A stretch of 63,531 nt of DNA, counting the filler, from Octopus bimaculoides (Eukaryota): NCBI RefSeq assembly GCF_001194135.2. It is 4 parts of 4 records of this genome, joined end to end, with 100 filler letters (N's around TTAATTAATTAA, not from the genome) between each part and the next. Parts side by side here need not be neighbours in the genome. Positions count along the whole stretch, not along the records: positions 1 to 16,885 come from NC_068984.1; positions 16,986 to 46,752 come from NC_069007.1; 2 more parts are not named here. One strand, given 5' to 3'. The notes beneath the pieces were generated by a model. That model did not search any database, was not told where the DNA came from, and saw only the letters and a program-made list of their open reading frames with translations. This document shows, one piece after another, positions 13,500 through 26,600 of the stretch. The translations under genes and the position numbers were made by a program. Numbering within the stretch: the stretch's first letter is position 1; every line of letters starts with the position of its first letter.

Positions 13500-13665
13500 A
13501 AGTCTTATAGATTTTTACAGTTCCAGTGGTGGATTGTAGCTGTAGTCTACGAATCAGCTTTTCCTTTTCTAGTTTTGAGAAGCCTAATTTCTCAAAATTG
13601 GTATTTAGACAGTATGTTACATATCCCAGTATTCCAATAATTACTGGTATAAACCTGAACTTGTA
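13500..13665 (-). mobile_element. R4/Dong-like LINE C-terminal (RLE) fragment
   Basis: [16 protein letters not shown]...RRLQLQSTTGTVKI; related to 14400 and 25190. Confidence 0.55.
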
Positions 13666-13696
<31 letters not shown>

Positions 13697-14399
13697 TGTA
13701 TGTATGTATGTATGTATGTATGCATGTATAAGAGTGCATACATATATGTGTATATGTGTATATGTGTATATGTGTGTATGTATCTATGTGCATAAATGTG
13801 TATGTATATTGTTAGTATACACACACAGATGCTATTCATCTACTAACTAGCCAGTGGTCATATAACAGCCAAGATTAACGGTTGAATGAATTTATGGTAC
13901 CCAACTTCGGCGACGGAATGCGAAATCAACGATGAGAAATTCAGTTCACACAATGACAGCTTCTGTCATTGATGATACTTTATCTCTCATGGACACACAA
14001 AAACTGATCACTTGCCTTAAATAACTGCCTTTCTGTCGTTTTAAGGATAACATTTTTGCTGACCATAAATAATTTTTATTTTTTTTGCTGGAATTTCACG
14101 CAGACCTCTTGTTCATCTATCTCTTAGCCAAACCAAAATATATTATTGTTGCAAACATGTTTCAATGACTTGATCCCATACCTTTTCAGTACAGCGATAG
14201 ATGTACTGCAGAGCTGAGTGATTAACTCTTTGGAACCTGTGTATATACAAAGGTACAAAAATATCAAAAATATTAGGCGGAATTAGAAATTTATAATTGA
14301 AAATTAAAGAATTATAAGGACAAAGATGCATAGAATTCACGTATTTTTTCACATATTAAAAAAAAGATTAAATATGTAAATTTTGTGCATTCTTCCTGA

Positions 14400-14700
14400 T
14401 AATTCCCATCAAAACATTTGTCGGATATTGTTGTTTGAGACAGACAAGAAAAAGTATGCGCCATCATAGAGGTTAGCTGCCCTGCTGATGTGAATATCTC
14501 TTTGAAAATCAAAGAGAAAGAAGATACCTATGGACAACTACTTCGAAACCTCCTGCTTCTAGATCCAGATAACAAATTTACATTTATACCAGTAATAATT
14601 GGAGCGCTTAGTTTTGTAAGTAAATGCCTAACCGTCAGGATAAGCTTGGATTTTCAGGAAAAACAATGGTTATGTTATGAACTTCATTAGCTTACAACTG
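14400..14700 (+). mobile_element. R4/Dong-like LINE RLE fragment
   Basis: EVSCPADVNISLKIKEKEDTYGQLLRNL...FIPVIIGAL. Confidence 0.6.
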
Positions 14701-14929
14701 TTTCGGCTATAAGATGCAGTGGACACTTAGTTGAGTGATTGAATAACAGCCTATAGCTTCATCGGAACCTCGAATATGAAATGCAGTTTATTTGAGATAA
14801 AATATTTTTGCAGTATACAGGGAAGGCATTACCAGTGAGAAATTAGTAAATCTAATTGCCTTTTAGACATACACGTTTTTATATATCAACAATGACTTTC
14901 TCAATGGTAATACCAGTGAACAATTATTA

Positions 14930-14954
14930 TTAATAATAATAGTAATAATAATGA

Positions 14955-15016
<62 letters not shown>

Positions 15017-15020
15017 ATGA
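14930..15020. repeat. (TAA)/(TAG)n trinucleotide microsatellite
   Basis: Direct reading. Confidence 0.95.
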
Positions 15021-15799
15021 TAGGGATGGTAACAACAATAACATCATCATACACTAAGTAACCTGATACAAAATATACTACCATTCACCACTCGAAGGAT
15101 AAAATACATTTGCTGACTACTGACCCATTCTTGAATAGCTAGTCACTTGTTTTTCTTACCAGCAGATTTGAAAAGGTCAGAATTTAGGCTATTTTTAGAA
15201 TACTAACACCACGTGTGTGAAATATTTTGGCTGGACCTCCATTTAGTTCAGATGGGATCTGAAACGCTGTTAATAGCACCCTGAAGAAGTGGCAATTAAC
15301 ACCAAAATGCACACCAAGGGGCAAAATTTTGCGGTGTGCTCAAAATTGCAGCAGAAAGGAAAGACGTGGTTGACAGCAGAAAAAAAAACTGGATATATAA
15401 ATCTCTGTTCTCATTATTATTAATTTATTATATCTTCTCTACCGACAGCATGCAGTCTCTATAGAGACATGGATTTACCGATGTGATAATCTACTGAGGA
15501 CAGTAAACTAAACAAACTAGAGGTTTTTTTACATTCACAGAGGTTAGCCAGAATTATTAATTGGTAAAAGTGAATACGGTACCAGCTAGGACTGTATATC
15601 CCTACCAACCTAATTTGGAAATATAACTTTATGTGTATATACATATATATATATATATATATANNNNNNNNNNNNNNNNNNNNNNNNNNNNNNNNNNNNN
15701 NNNNNNNNNNNNNNNNNNNNNNNNNNNNNNNNNNNNNNNNNNNNNNNNNNNNNNNNNNNNNNNNNNNNNNNNNNNNNNNNNTGTATGTATGTATGTATA

Positions 15800-16885
15800 G
15801 GGGAGAATTCACAAAAAAACAAAAGACGAAGACAGGTGGTGTAGACAACAAACAGATGTTTTAGTTTAACGCTCGGGAAGTGAAAAAATTTTACGTTTCG
15901 AGCCTACGCTCTTCCACAGAAAAGAACACAGAAAGAAACAAGGAGAGAAAATAAAGAATGTGTAGTGGCGAATGCCGGACAGAGGGGTCACACAGGAGAG
16001 CTAGGAAGAAGGGGAGATAATAAAGTACTGATGATCCCAAAACGAAGGTGCGCGTGCGTGTGTATGCGAGAGGACGTATGTGCGTGTGGAAGAGGGCTGG
16101 TGACCTTGACGTGTGTGTGTGTGTGTATTTGTAGGTGTGTGGATGATGGTGTGGAGCTGGGAAGTGGTCAGTGCTAGTGTGTGCGTGGTGGTGTGATGTG
16201 ATGTGGTGTTGTATGGTGTGGTGGTGTTGCGATGTGGGGGAAGCAAGGATTGGGTGTGGGTTAGGCTGAGGGAGGGGGTAGAGGTGGTGGTATGTGGGAG
16301 TGGGTGTAAGGGATGGGATGGATAGGGAAGGTGGAGTTGGATTGTATAGGGATAGTTACGAGGGAGGGGTGACGATGAAGGGAGAGGGGGAGGGAGAAGG
16401 TGAGTAGGAGTGAAGAGAAGTAGGAGTCGAAGCAAGAGAGGAGAGGTGGGTAGGAGGAAGTAGGTGTGAGAGGCAGAGGGGAGAGGGGATAGGGGAGGAG
16501 GGTTAGGTGAAGAGAGGAGGAGAGTTCAGCCCATGTGCCGCAAAAGAGCAAAGAGAGAAGATTAATCCCTGTTCACGGCGAAAACGGGAGACCGGATGGC
16601 CCCTGTGCAAGGACAATCCGAACACAGATAGGTGTTGCAAAGAGTGACCAGTAGATCGGAAATGGCGCGAGACCGGGGTGTCATTGCCGAGTCGGATATC
16701 TCGGAGGTGTTCCGCGAACTGGTCAGCCAACGGCGTCCCGTTAGCCCGATGTATAGAGAAGGGCACAGAGAGAGCAGGAGATTCAGTAGATGACATTGGT
16801 AGAAGTGCAGATGAAGGAGTCGGTGATATGATAGAGTCGATGATGGGTGCCGGTGAGGAGGGTGGTGTTGGAGAGGTAAATGTAA
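15800..16885 (-). mobile_element. Penelope-like element 3' part (GIY-YIG C-terminus plus low-complexity tail), cut by a gap
   Basis: LADQFAEHLRDIR..PVSRHF..GHSLQHLSVFGL...RFRREQGLIFSL...GLN. Confidence 0.8.
15886..15925 (-). ncRNA. Minimal hammerhead-ribozyme-like motif at the Penelope 3' end
   Basis: Minus strand reads TTTT-CTGTGGA-A-GAGC-gtag-GCTC-GAAA-CGTA-AAA; the core deviates from CUGANGA. Confidence 0.45.
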
Positions 16886-17033
16886 NNNNNNNNNNNNNNN
16901 NNNNNNNNNNNNNNNNNNNNNNNNNNNNNTTAATTAATTAANNNNNNNNNNNNNNNNNNNNNNNNNNNNNNNNNNNNNNNNNNNNATATACATACATATA
17001 TATATATATATGCATATTATTGTTATCATACAG

Positions 17034-17070
17034 CATGTTGTTGGCAATACAAAGATTATTCAGTTGTCAG
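17034..17070 (+). CDS. Candidate upstream micro-exon of the PTHR-like gene (c-MLLAIQRLFSCQ)
   Basis: Flanked by a catacag acceptor and a cag|gtaata donor; ends in phase 0, compatible with exon 20570; no homology support. Confidence 0.35.
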
Positions 17071-17439
17071 GTAATAACACTAATCACAAGCAGAATAAGT
17101 GATCTTTAGGACAGAAGGATTTATTTAATTACTTCAGCTCATCTAGCAAAATGAATGCTTATCGCTTTGAAAGACTCACCTGTTTCCGGTCAATGTAATT
17201 AGTTCCGTAGAACTAAGAAAGACAATCTTACCACAAAATTGGATTGTTTTATCTTGTAACAGCACGTGTTCTCAGAAAGGTACGAGTTATAAATATATAT
17301 ATATATATATATATANNNNNNNNNNNNNNNNNNNNNNNNNNNNNNNNNNNNNNNNNNNNNNNNGATTTATTATTAGTGTTGCTTAATATGTTTTGCAAAA
17401 ATTGCTGTTTCGTTTCAGATATCATCAGAAAAAGGTAAT

Positions 17440-18160
17440 TAAAATTCATTAAAATGACAGAACTATCGGACTTTCAAAGAAGTCAAATTATTGGTGCTTG
17501 TATGGCAGGCACTAGTGTGTCTCGAAAGTAATGACAGCCTTTGAGAAAGAGGGAACAATCTCCTCATCGAAACAAACCTCCGGAAGAAAACCAAAACTTT
17601 CAGATAGGGACCATCGGACTCTTACACGAATTGTTAGAAAGGATCACAAAGTACAGCTCCCAAAATTACTGCAGAGCTTAATGACCACCTCGAGAATCCA
17701 GTTTACACAAAAACTGTTTGCTGGGAGCTGCACAAAGCTGGATTTCACGGGAGGGCTGCAAACCACTATTTTCAAAAACAAACATTGCAAAGGGTTTAGA
17801 GTGGAATAAAAACCCTAGAGAAGTGGAAGAATGTTATTTTCTCGGACAAGTCATCCTTTTCTTTATTTTCAACCACCGGCCGAGTATACGTGTGGAGACA
17901 GTCAAAAGAAGGATTTGACCCAGACTGTCTTCTTCCAACTGTTAAACATGGAGAAGGATCTGTGATGATCGNNNNNNNNNNACAGTCAAAAGAAGGATTT
18001 GACCCAGACTGTCTTCTTCCAACTGTTAAACATGGAGAAGGATCTGTGATGATCGGGGGAGGGGGGCTATATCTTGGAAATCCGCCAGCCCAATGGTTTC
18101 CCTTCATGGCGGAATTAATAGTCAAGATTATTTAAGCATTTTATCTGATCAAATTCATCC
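17440..18160 (+). mobile_element. Decayed Tc1-like transposon
   Basis: MTELSDFQRSQIIGA, SGRKPKLSDRD and DCLLPTVKHGEGSVMI. Confidence 0.8.
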
Positions 18161-18164
18161 CAAG

Positions 18165-18354
18165 CCCGTCGTATATATGTATATATATATTTATGTGTGT
18201 GTGTGTGTCTGTGTTTGTCCCCCACAACATCGCTTGACAACCGATGCTGGTGTGTTTACGTCCTCCGTAACTTAGCTGTTCAGCAAAAGAGACTGATAGA
18301 ATAAGTACTAGGCTTACAACGAATAAGTCCTGGGGTCGATTTGCCAAAGGGCTT
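18165..18354 (+). mobile_element. SINE family A fragment
   Basis: Matches the central-3' part of family A. Confidence 0.75.
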
Positions 18355-18479
18355 AATCCAATTTTTTTATGCAATTTCGAAAAAAAGGTTTTTGTAGTCT
18401 TTATTTATTGTAATCGATAAAAAAATATTCGATGTAAATTGGATTAATAAATTTATACATTTTATTTATTTATATCTGG

Positions 18480-19690
18480 ATTTGTGAAATTCTGTCCATT
18501 TTTCGTTCTAATGGATCTACCCATATGCATGTAATGACACGTTCCACATTTGTTATCATTACACTTGGATACTGTGAATATTTTATCTTGTTTGTTCATG
18601 TTGAATTTACCTTTCTTAATTAGTTTCTTTAAGTTATGTGGTTACCTTTTGCTGAAGATAAGTGTTTGATTAGTTATTATGTTTTTTTTAATTTTTCACT
18701 TTGTTTCATGATTGGCAAGTTTGTTTCGGTGTTTTGGTGATGCGGATTGTGTGTTGCTAGAAATGGTATTGTGTACCATGGATGGGTTCGTCTTTATCGT
18801 GTTGCTCTAAGTTGTTCTATAAGTATCTCTTTTGCTCGTTGTATACTATTTTCTATAAGTAGGAGAGGGTAATTTTGCTTGAGCAGAAATCCTTTGAGTT
18901 CTATAAGTTTATAAGACATGTGTTTCTGGCATTTGGATCATTGACTAGAGTAGGGGTTTTCAATCTTTTTGACTTGCAGACCCCTTTATATTTCAGGCTT
19001 TACCTTAGGGACCCCCTTATAAACACTTATGAAATTTATACATATATATTTGCTTAAAATAACATATATTTTTACATTTATTTATTTAACAGTATTTAAA
19101 AATAGGTTTATTGTCAATTAAAAGATTTCGATTAAAAAACATATATAAAATCAAATTGCCCATAAAAAGTATTTGCTGTCCACGGACCCCGTATCTTGTC
19201 CTTGCGGACCACAGTTTGAAAACCCCTGAACTAGAGTACAAATTTTCCTGGCTAGACAGTACAGGATATTGCGTTTTGTGCGTGTTGGGTGGCAAGATTT
19301 GAAATTTAGGTACTGGTGTGTGTCTGAGCTTTTCTAATTAATATCAGTTGTGATTATGGTGTTATTTTTAATTACTATTATGTCAAGAAATGGTAATTGT
19401 GTGTTGCTCATTTCTCTTGTGAATTTGAGACTAGGGTGTCGATTGTTGAGGAGGAGGCTGAATGCTTCCAGATTTTCTAGGGATTTTGTCCAAATTAGGA
19501 AACAATCATCAAGGTATCTTTTCCATGTGCCCTCTATATGTCTTCTAAAGGTCATGCCGTAGTTTTCTTTAATTTTTTTTATATAGGTTTCGTTCCAAGT
19601 GTCCCAATACTGAGTTCGCGAAAACTGGAGCAAACCGCATTCATTCGCCACCACCATTTTCTCAACACTTCGTACGAAATTTTTTGAATA
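18480..19690 (-). mobile_element. Penelope-like RT/linker fragment interrupted by a MITE
   Basis: WKRYLDDCFLIW...LKFT...LPFLDI (19334-19657) and KCNDNKCGTC near 18550. Confidence 0.8.
18951..19228. mobile_element. hAT (Charlie-like) MITE, 278 bp
   Basis: TIRs (t/c)aggggttttcaa; 8-bp TSD gactagag/aactagag. Confidence 0.8.
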
Positions 19691-19861
19691 TTTGTTAAGT
19701 ACTGGATATGTATAATCGACTGTTGCCTTCTCCCCAGATTTTACCGACTGGTACCTTTATATAAATCGAACCTGGAAGAACAAAAGCCAAAGTAGGGTCC
19801 TTGGTAAATTTGAACCCAAAGCATAGAGAGAAGCACCATTTTGTCCAATATTGTTGTTGTT

Positions 19862-20226
19862 GTTGGCACTCTGTCGCTTACGACGGCGAGGGTTCCAGTT
19901 GATCCGATCAACGGAACAGCCTGCTCGTGAAATTAACGTGCAAGTGGCTGAGCACTCCACAGACACGTGTACCCTTAACATAGTTCTCAGGGATATTCAG
20001 CATGAAACAGTGTGACAAGGCTGACCCTTTGAATTACAGGCACAACAAAAACAGGAAGTAAGAGTGAGAGAAAGTTGTGGTGAAGGAGTACAGCAGGGTT
20101 CGCCACCATCCCCTGTCGGAGCCTCGTGGAGCTTTGGGTGTTTTCTCTCAATAAACACTCACAACGCCCGGTCTGGGAATCGAAACCGCGAGTCCGCTGC
20201 CCTAACCACTGGACCATTGCGCCTCC
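19862..20226 (-). mobile_element. SINE family B
   Basis: gatccgatcaacggaacagcctgctcgtgaaattaacgtg body; tRNA-like head at right. Confidence 0.85.
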
Positions 20227-20569
20227 TGTCCAATATTATACCAGTTTTATCAACCAGTACTATATTTTATCGCTCCCTGAGTTTGAAAAGCCAAACCAAC
20301 TGTACTTTTCCCATCAAAATATGTATTCATTATTGAAATCAATGGATAAAACACATAGGTAAAAAAATGTCTTGCTGATTTAATTACATCAATCTATATC
20401 CTGAATTCAAATCATGTCAGTGATCCACGACATCATTAATCCTTTCTGGATTAATAAATTAAAGCATCTGACACATTATTATCTATTTAATTGAAAGCAT
20501 CCTTTTTCCTAATATTTTCGGCCTTGCAAACCAGTATAAACCATAGATGTCTATGTTTGATAGTTTCAG

Positions 20570-20666
20570 GTGAAAGTCTCAAAGGAGGAGCAAAGAAAAT
20601 ATTTATATGAAGCCCACCGCCAATGTAACATTTCAAGTGACGAGGTTTCAAGTTCGAATCCAGAAG
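20570..20666 (+). CDS. PTHR: PTHR-like exon: N-terminal ECD helix VKVSKEEQRKYLYEAHRQCNISSDEVSSSNPE
   Basis: tttcag acceptor, gttggt donor, 97 nt, phase 0 to 1; contains the first ECD Cys. Confidence 0.85.
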
Positions 20667-23600
20667 GTTGGTACAGTTATCTGCTTTGTTCCCGAATACT
20701 ATCAATTTTAAATTTTGTCAGTATATATATGTGTGTGTGTGTGTCTTTTGGGATATAAGTATGAATATATACTCTTATGTATACATGCATATATTCTTTT
20801 ACTCTTTAAATTGTTTCAGTCATTTGACTGTGACCATGCTGGAGCACCACCTTTAGTCGAGCAAATCGACCCCAGGACTTATTCTTTGTAAGCCTAGTAC
20901 TTATTCTATCGGCCTCTTTTGCCGAACCGCTAAGTCACGGGGACGTAAACACACCAGCATCGGTTGTCAAGCGATGTTGGGGGGACAAACACAGACACAC
21001 AAACATGTACACACACATATATATATATAAGCATATATACGACAGGCTTATTTCAGTCTCCGTCAACCAAATCCACTCACAAGGCTTTGGACAGCCCGAG
21101 GCTATAGTAGAAGACACTTGCCCTAGGTGCCACGCAGTGGGAATGAACCCAGAACTATGTGGTTGGTAAGCAAGCTACTTACCACACAGCCACTCCTGAT
21201 ATTTATATTTCATGATTTTCTCATTCAGTCTTATATGTAAAATCCTAAACTCCATGTCTAATTTTGTAATTGTTCCCCATCATCCTTCACACTGTGTTAG
21301 CGCATCGAGAAAAATGCTCTGTGATGATTCAAACAGTTATGTTCTAAGTTCAGATCCTACCGAGGCCTGCTTTACTTTTCAACATTGGTAAAATAAAGTG
21401 AAGTATTGGAGTCAATGGTGAAGGCTAAGCCTTTTCAAAAAAGGTAATTTTAGACATTAAGCCTAAAATTAGAAACAGTGTTTTGTAGTTGTTGTAGTTG
21501 TTGCAGTTATTGTTGTTGTTGTTATTTCGCAGGTGCACGTTGCAGTAGTATCTGGGATGGTATCCTATGTTGGCCACAGACCTTAGCTGGCACAGTAGCT
21601 GAACTTCAGTGTCCTTCCTATATTAACAATTTCTACACAAACGGTAACTGATATCTCTTACTACTACTACTACTACTACATAGATATAAATATTTATATA
21701 ACATTTGCACATATATATATATCTTCCCTTTTTTTCTCTTCCTCTATATCTATAAAATAAACCCCGTTTTGGTCGTTTGTTTGTTTGTAATTTTAGGTCT
21801 GGTAAGCAGAAAATGCATGGAAAATGGTCAGTGGTATGTACTTGAACGCTATAACCGAAGCTGGACAAACTACAGTCAGTGTTTTGGAGAAACTAATCGT
21901 TGGGTTAAGGTAATTGATTCATATTGGAAATCATGCTTACATATACACATGCATACATGTTAGCTCATCAGGCAAAAACAGTAAAAATATATATACCAGT
22001 TATTCACACGTATAGGCCTCAGACATCCAGTCCCTTCAAAGACAGGCAGACTCCACATTCGACTTACCTCTATTTCCAGATCTTTATATTTTGAAAGCTT
22101 CTCTGTTTCTTTTAGAGAAACATTATCATCTGTTGGTATTGATATATTGATTAGAAGGCATTTTTTTCTTGGTGATCTTTGACAACTATGTCCGACCTAT
22201 TAGCCTCAATTTCTCTATCTCTGTATATTGGCATATCCCAGAGTATGGTTGCTTTCTCGTTTTCTGTGACCTTTTCTGGCGTGTGTTTACACCATCTTTA
22301 TTCTGTTGTTACTCCATCGTGTTGGCATAGCATCCAGTGTATATAAGTCCCAACTCTGTCCTGTCTGAATATATCCCTTCTTAGCCTGGACTGGGCAGCC
22401 AGAGAATATGACTTATTGTTTCTTCTCCACCTCCACATATTCTGCAGTTACTTGTATTTCTTTCCATTATATGTTTTTGGTAATTTCTGGTGGGAAGGCT
22501 TTGGTCTTGTGCTGCAATTAAAAATCCTTCAGTCTCTGCTTTGAGTCCTGAGCTTCTCAGCCATTGTTGGGATTTTGCTTTGTCTATTTCTTTTGTGTTT
22601 AGTTTACCCAGTATTTGCCATGAAGGGGCCTTTCTTGCCATCGTTTTATCATGATCTGCTGCTGTTCCAGTTTTAGTTTTGATTTCAGTTGTTTTACAGT
22701 TTTCGTTGTTTCTTCTTTTCCTTCATAGTTGTTAGGAAACTTTTTTTGTATTTGTCAGCTTCATTAAAGACTGAAAACAGTTTTTTTTAATTTTCTTCAT
22801 ATTTTGTGGCTATTTGTATTAGTTTTCCTTGCTTCTGAAGTAGGTATTTCTGTCGTCCTATGGTGGTTATTTTGTAATAGTTTTCTCGCTGTATAAGGCC
22901 TCTACCACCTTCTATACATTGTATATATTACCTTTCTATGTCAGATTTTGGGTGGTGCATCCTAAATCCTGTCATTATTTTTCTTGTTTCCCTGTCTATT
23001 TTCATTAGTTCATTTAGAATTTGTCTCTTTTAAAGAAAACAAAAAAAGCAGACACTTCACTGTGATCAGATGAGGCACAGGTAAGGCACAACAATCAGGC
23101 AATAGTATATTACAGGTGTAAAGTAGACATTCATCATCTCTACCTGACCATTCAGAGATATTCAATGATCAAGTGGTAGTGGTCTACTGAACTGATATAG
23201 AAAGTTACCACCACTGTCCAACCATCTTGTGAGGCTACCTGAAGCAAGAGTCAATGGTCAGTTGATAGTATCCCACTGAATCGATTGTCACCTGGATCTC
23301 ACCCTAACTTTATAGATGAATGATATTAACCACTCTTCCTGGAAATCTGAACCAAACCAGATCGCACACACTTTACACAAACTCTAAACTCAAATGGCAT
23401 AAGCAAGAAGAGAATATTTCCTGTTTTTCTCTTGCAGGTGCATTTATCACATATTCCAATTATTTATACCATTGGCTATGGAATATCACTGGTATCACTA
23501 TGTGGTGCAGTTCTTGTAATGCTCTATTTTCGGTAAGTTCATCATTCTGCCATTTCTTTGCTGCCATATTTTTTTTAATATTTACTTTTATGAGATTTCA

Positions 23601-26600
23601 TCAAAAAACATATATTACAAGACCAGTAAGCTTTCTTGGAGGCACTGGCACTACTAGAAAGAAATGGCGGAGCGGGGTGTTATCCTCAGACTGGATACTT
23701 GTCCAAATACATGAAAAGGGACAATTTAATCGACTTTTCTTCTCCTCAACACCAAAAAGAGACCCTCGTGTTGATGTTAGAAATCCTTACTGACAGATAT
23801 AGTTAGAAATATATCACCATATTTGTATTACTGTTGGGCAAGTAGATTTACAGTATCATAAGAACACAGAATAAAATGCCTTGTGGTATTTGATCCAACT
23901 CTTTGTGCTCTGAGTTTATATTTTGCCTAAGTCAAAATTGCCTGTCATCCTTCCAGATAGGACCATAAAATAATATACCACCCAAAGACAGATGATTTAA
24001 TCATTTAGCCCCTATCTCTAAATAGGTGAATTTATTCACTTATGTTAGAAATTATTATTATTGAGTGAGGGAGCAGCCATGAGAGCCACATGCTTTAATA
24101 TGAGAATGCATGGCCTAGTGGTTAGGGTGTTACACTCACGATCACACTCATACATTGTCTGCGACAGGATAGTCAACCATCATCATTATTGAGTGAGAGA
24201 GTAGTGCAGGCCATCAAAGTGACAATGAGGTACAAATATACAAAGCCCAATATACCCATCATGACTACCCATCTGATTAGGGAACACCAGGCACATGGAT
24301 CACAACATTATGTGCACGACATGGTGATCTCATGTCAAGATAAACAGCGCATTACCTTGCAAGCGGGTCTTGGTTAGAATTCTTTTCAGTTCGAGTAGCC
24401 CATCCTGCTCAAAAGGTCTCTGAATAAGGTTTGTTTAAGGATATTGAACGAAATACCCATATTTCCAGGGGTGAATTATTCAAACACCAAGGAATCCCTC
24501 TCAACACATGGCTATGATGTTCCCTCACTACTTCTTTTTGCTACATTTACTGAATGTCAAGGTAATATATTCCAGGTGTACGTCCTTTGGACATCTGTTG
24601 TTTTGTTATTTGTTCTTTTTAAAATGCAATTTGCCTATGTGTGCATGCGCGCATACATACATGCATCATACGCACACAAACATTTGCTTTCTATTACCTG
24701 CAGGCGTCTTCACTGTTCTCGCAACATGCTGCACATCAATATGTTTATGTCATTTATTCTGAGGGCAGCTGTTTGTCTAATCAAGGAGCAACTCCTCGTG
24801 GATGGGTTCGGTCTGCCAGATGATCTCCAAACACATTCGAATGGCCAGTTCTATTTTAGAGATGACAGTTCGGTGAGTATGACAACTGGTTGATACCTAA
24901 ATCGATAGATTTATCAATCAAGCAATCTAGGTAGCTACACAAATACACACACGACGGGAAGATGCACACATACACATGTACAAACCCATACACAGACACA
25001 CACATGTGATAGCTAGGTGCTATGCATGGCCACGAAGAAACTTGTAAGAGCCTCTCTCGAGTGGAAGTAAGAGATGAAGCAAGGTAGATCTGTCGAGATC
25101 TGGCTGAGGGTTATGAAGGAAGACCTGTCAGATATGGGCCTGTCTTTCAAATAGTTTAGCACAATGCAACCATTGCAGACTGTGGGTAAAGGTATGTACC
25201 ATCATAGTGGCTAGCTGCCCTGCAGATATAAATATCTCTTTGAAAATCAAAGAAAAAGAGGATATCTGTGGACAACTGCTTCGAAACCTCCAGCTTCTAT
25301 ATTCAGACTATGAATTCATATTCATACCAATAATAATTGGAGCATTACGTTTTGTTAGGCTTAAAGGAAAATCTGGATAAACTGGGATTTTCAGAAAGAG
25401 AAATTGACCGGCTGATTCGTACATTACAAGTTCAATCTCTGATTGGAACGGTAAAGATATACAAGAATTTTCTTAAGTTCCAAATGTGAATTTGTCTGTG
25501 TTAACTACAACCCAAAGATGGAGCCTTGTATCTTGGTTGGAAACCAGCTCCCTCCTCAGTGGAAGATTTATAATAATTAAAAAAATAGAACGAACAAACG
25601 AACATACATACATACATCACAGACAGGCACACACACATAAATTCACATTCAACAGAAAATCAATTTATTAATCAATGAATTAGATTTTTAAAAAAAAGGA
25701 AAAATAAATTAACCAATCAAATTCAGCTTTTTCCCACCCATTTTCACTTGCTCTGATACAAGACACCGCTATTAGCATTCGGACAAATTTGTTTTGTTAC
25801 TATAAATTTTTGATGACGATATTCTGTCCAGCTATGTCCGCATTATCCTTTGTTTTGTTGTCTCCTGACAACTGAGTTTGACTTCTTTTTTTACAGGATT
25901 TTTAATACTATTAAAATATGAGAGGACCCCTTCATTCTCTTTCCTCTTTCTTTCATAATGGGTCTCCTCTGAAAATGGAATCTTGTAACCACAATGCTTC
26001 ATAAAGATGAAACACGAGGTCCATTTTCATCATTCTCATTTTCTTAATGTTTTATTTTCATTATTCACAGAAATATTAGTTCACCTTCTTTAATCTGCTT
26101 GCTGGCTTTCTTCCCCTTCCATCTTCTCGTTTTTGTAATCAACAAAATTTTAAATAATACCCGTTAAAGTGAGGAGAGTTTTTCACAAATAACTCAGTGA
26201 CAGACGCACCAAGTTATCTGCTTAAAAATTTCGTTTTGAAGAGCAAGCATAAATTCAGCCGGACTTTGTAGGTGTGAATCATAGAGGCTGAACAATGAAA
26301 ACAAAAAACAATAACTTGTGGCTTTTGAAATGAATTGTGATAGAAAGATTTACGATATTCCATATACTGAACATCGAACTAACAAGAGTGTTAAAACAAA
26401 GATAGTGAGCCCTTCTGTCAATTGAAAAAAAAAGTAGAAAATGAAATTGCTCATGTAACCCAATGTAACTGTGATGTCTTAACAAATAAAGTTATTCATA
26501 CTCTTTTACTTGTTTCAGTCATTTGACTGCGGCCATGCTGGAGCACCGCCTTTAGTCGAGCAAATCGACCCCAGGACTTATTCTTTGTAAGCCTAGTACT

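Noticed and set aside
15255-15330. GAAACGC...CTGAAGAAG-gtg..cac-cAAAA, hammerhead-like remnants
   Set aside because: The GAAA after the stem is missing and stems I and III cannot be formed; at best a decayed relic
23320-23793. 157-aa ORF overlapping the TM1 exon
   Set aside because: Wrong frame relative to the spliced receptor exon; no recognisable motifs
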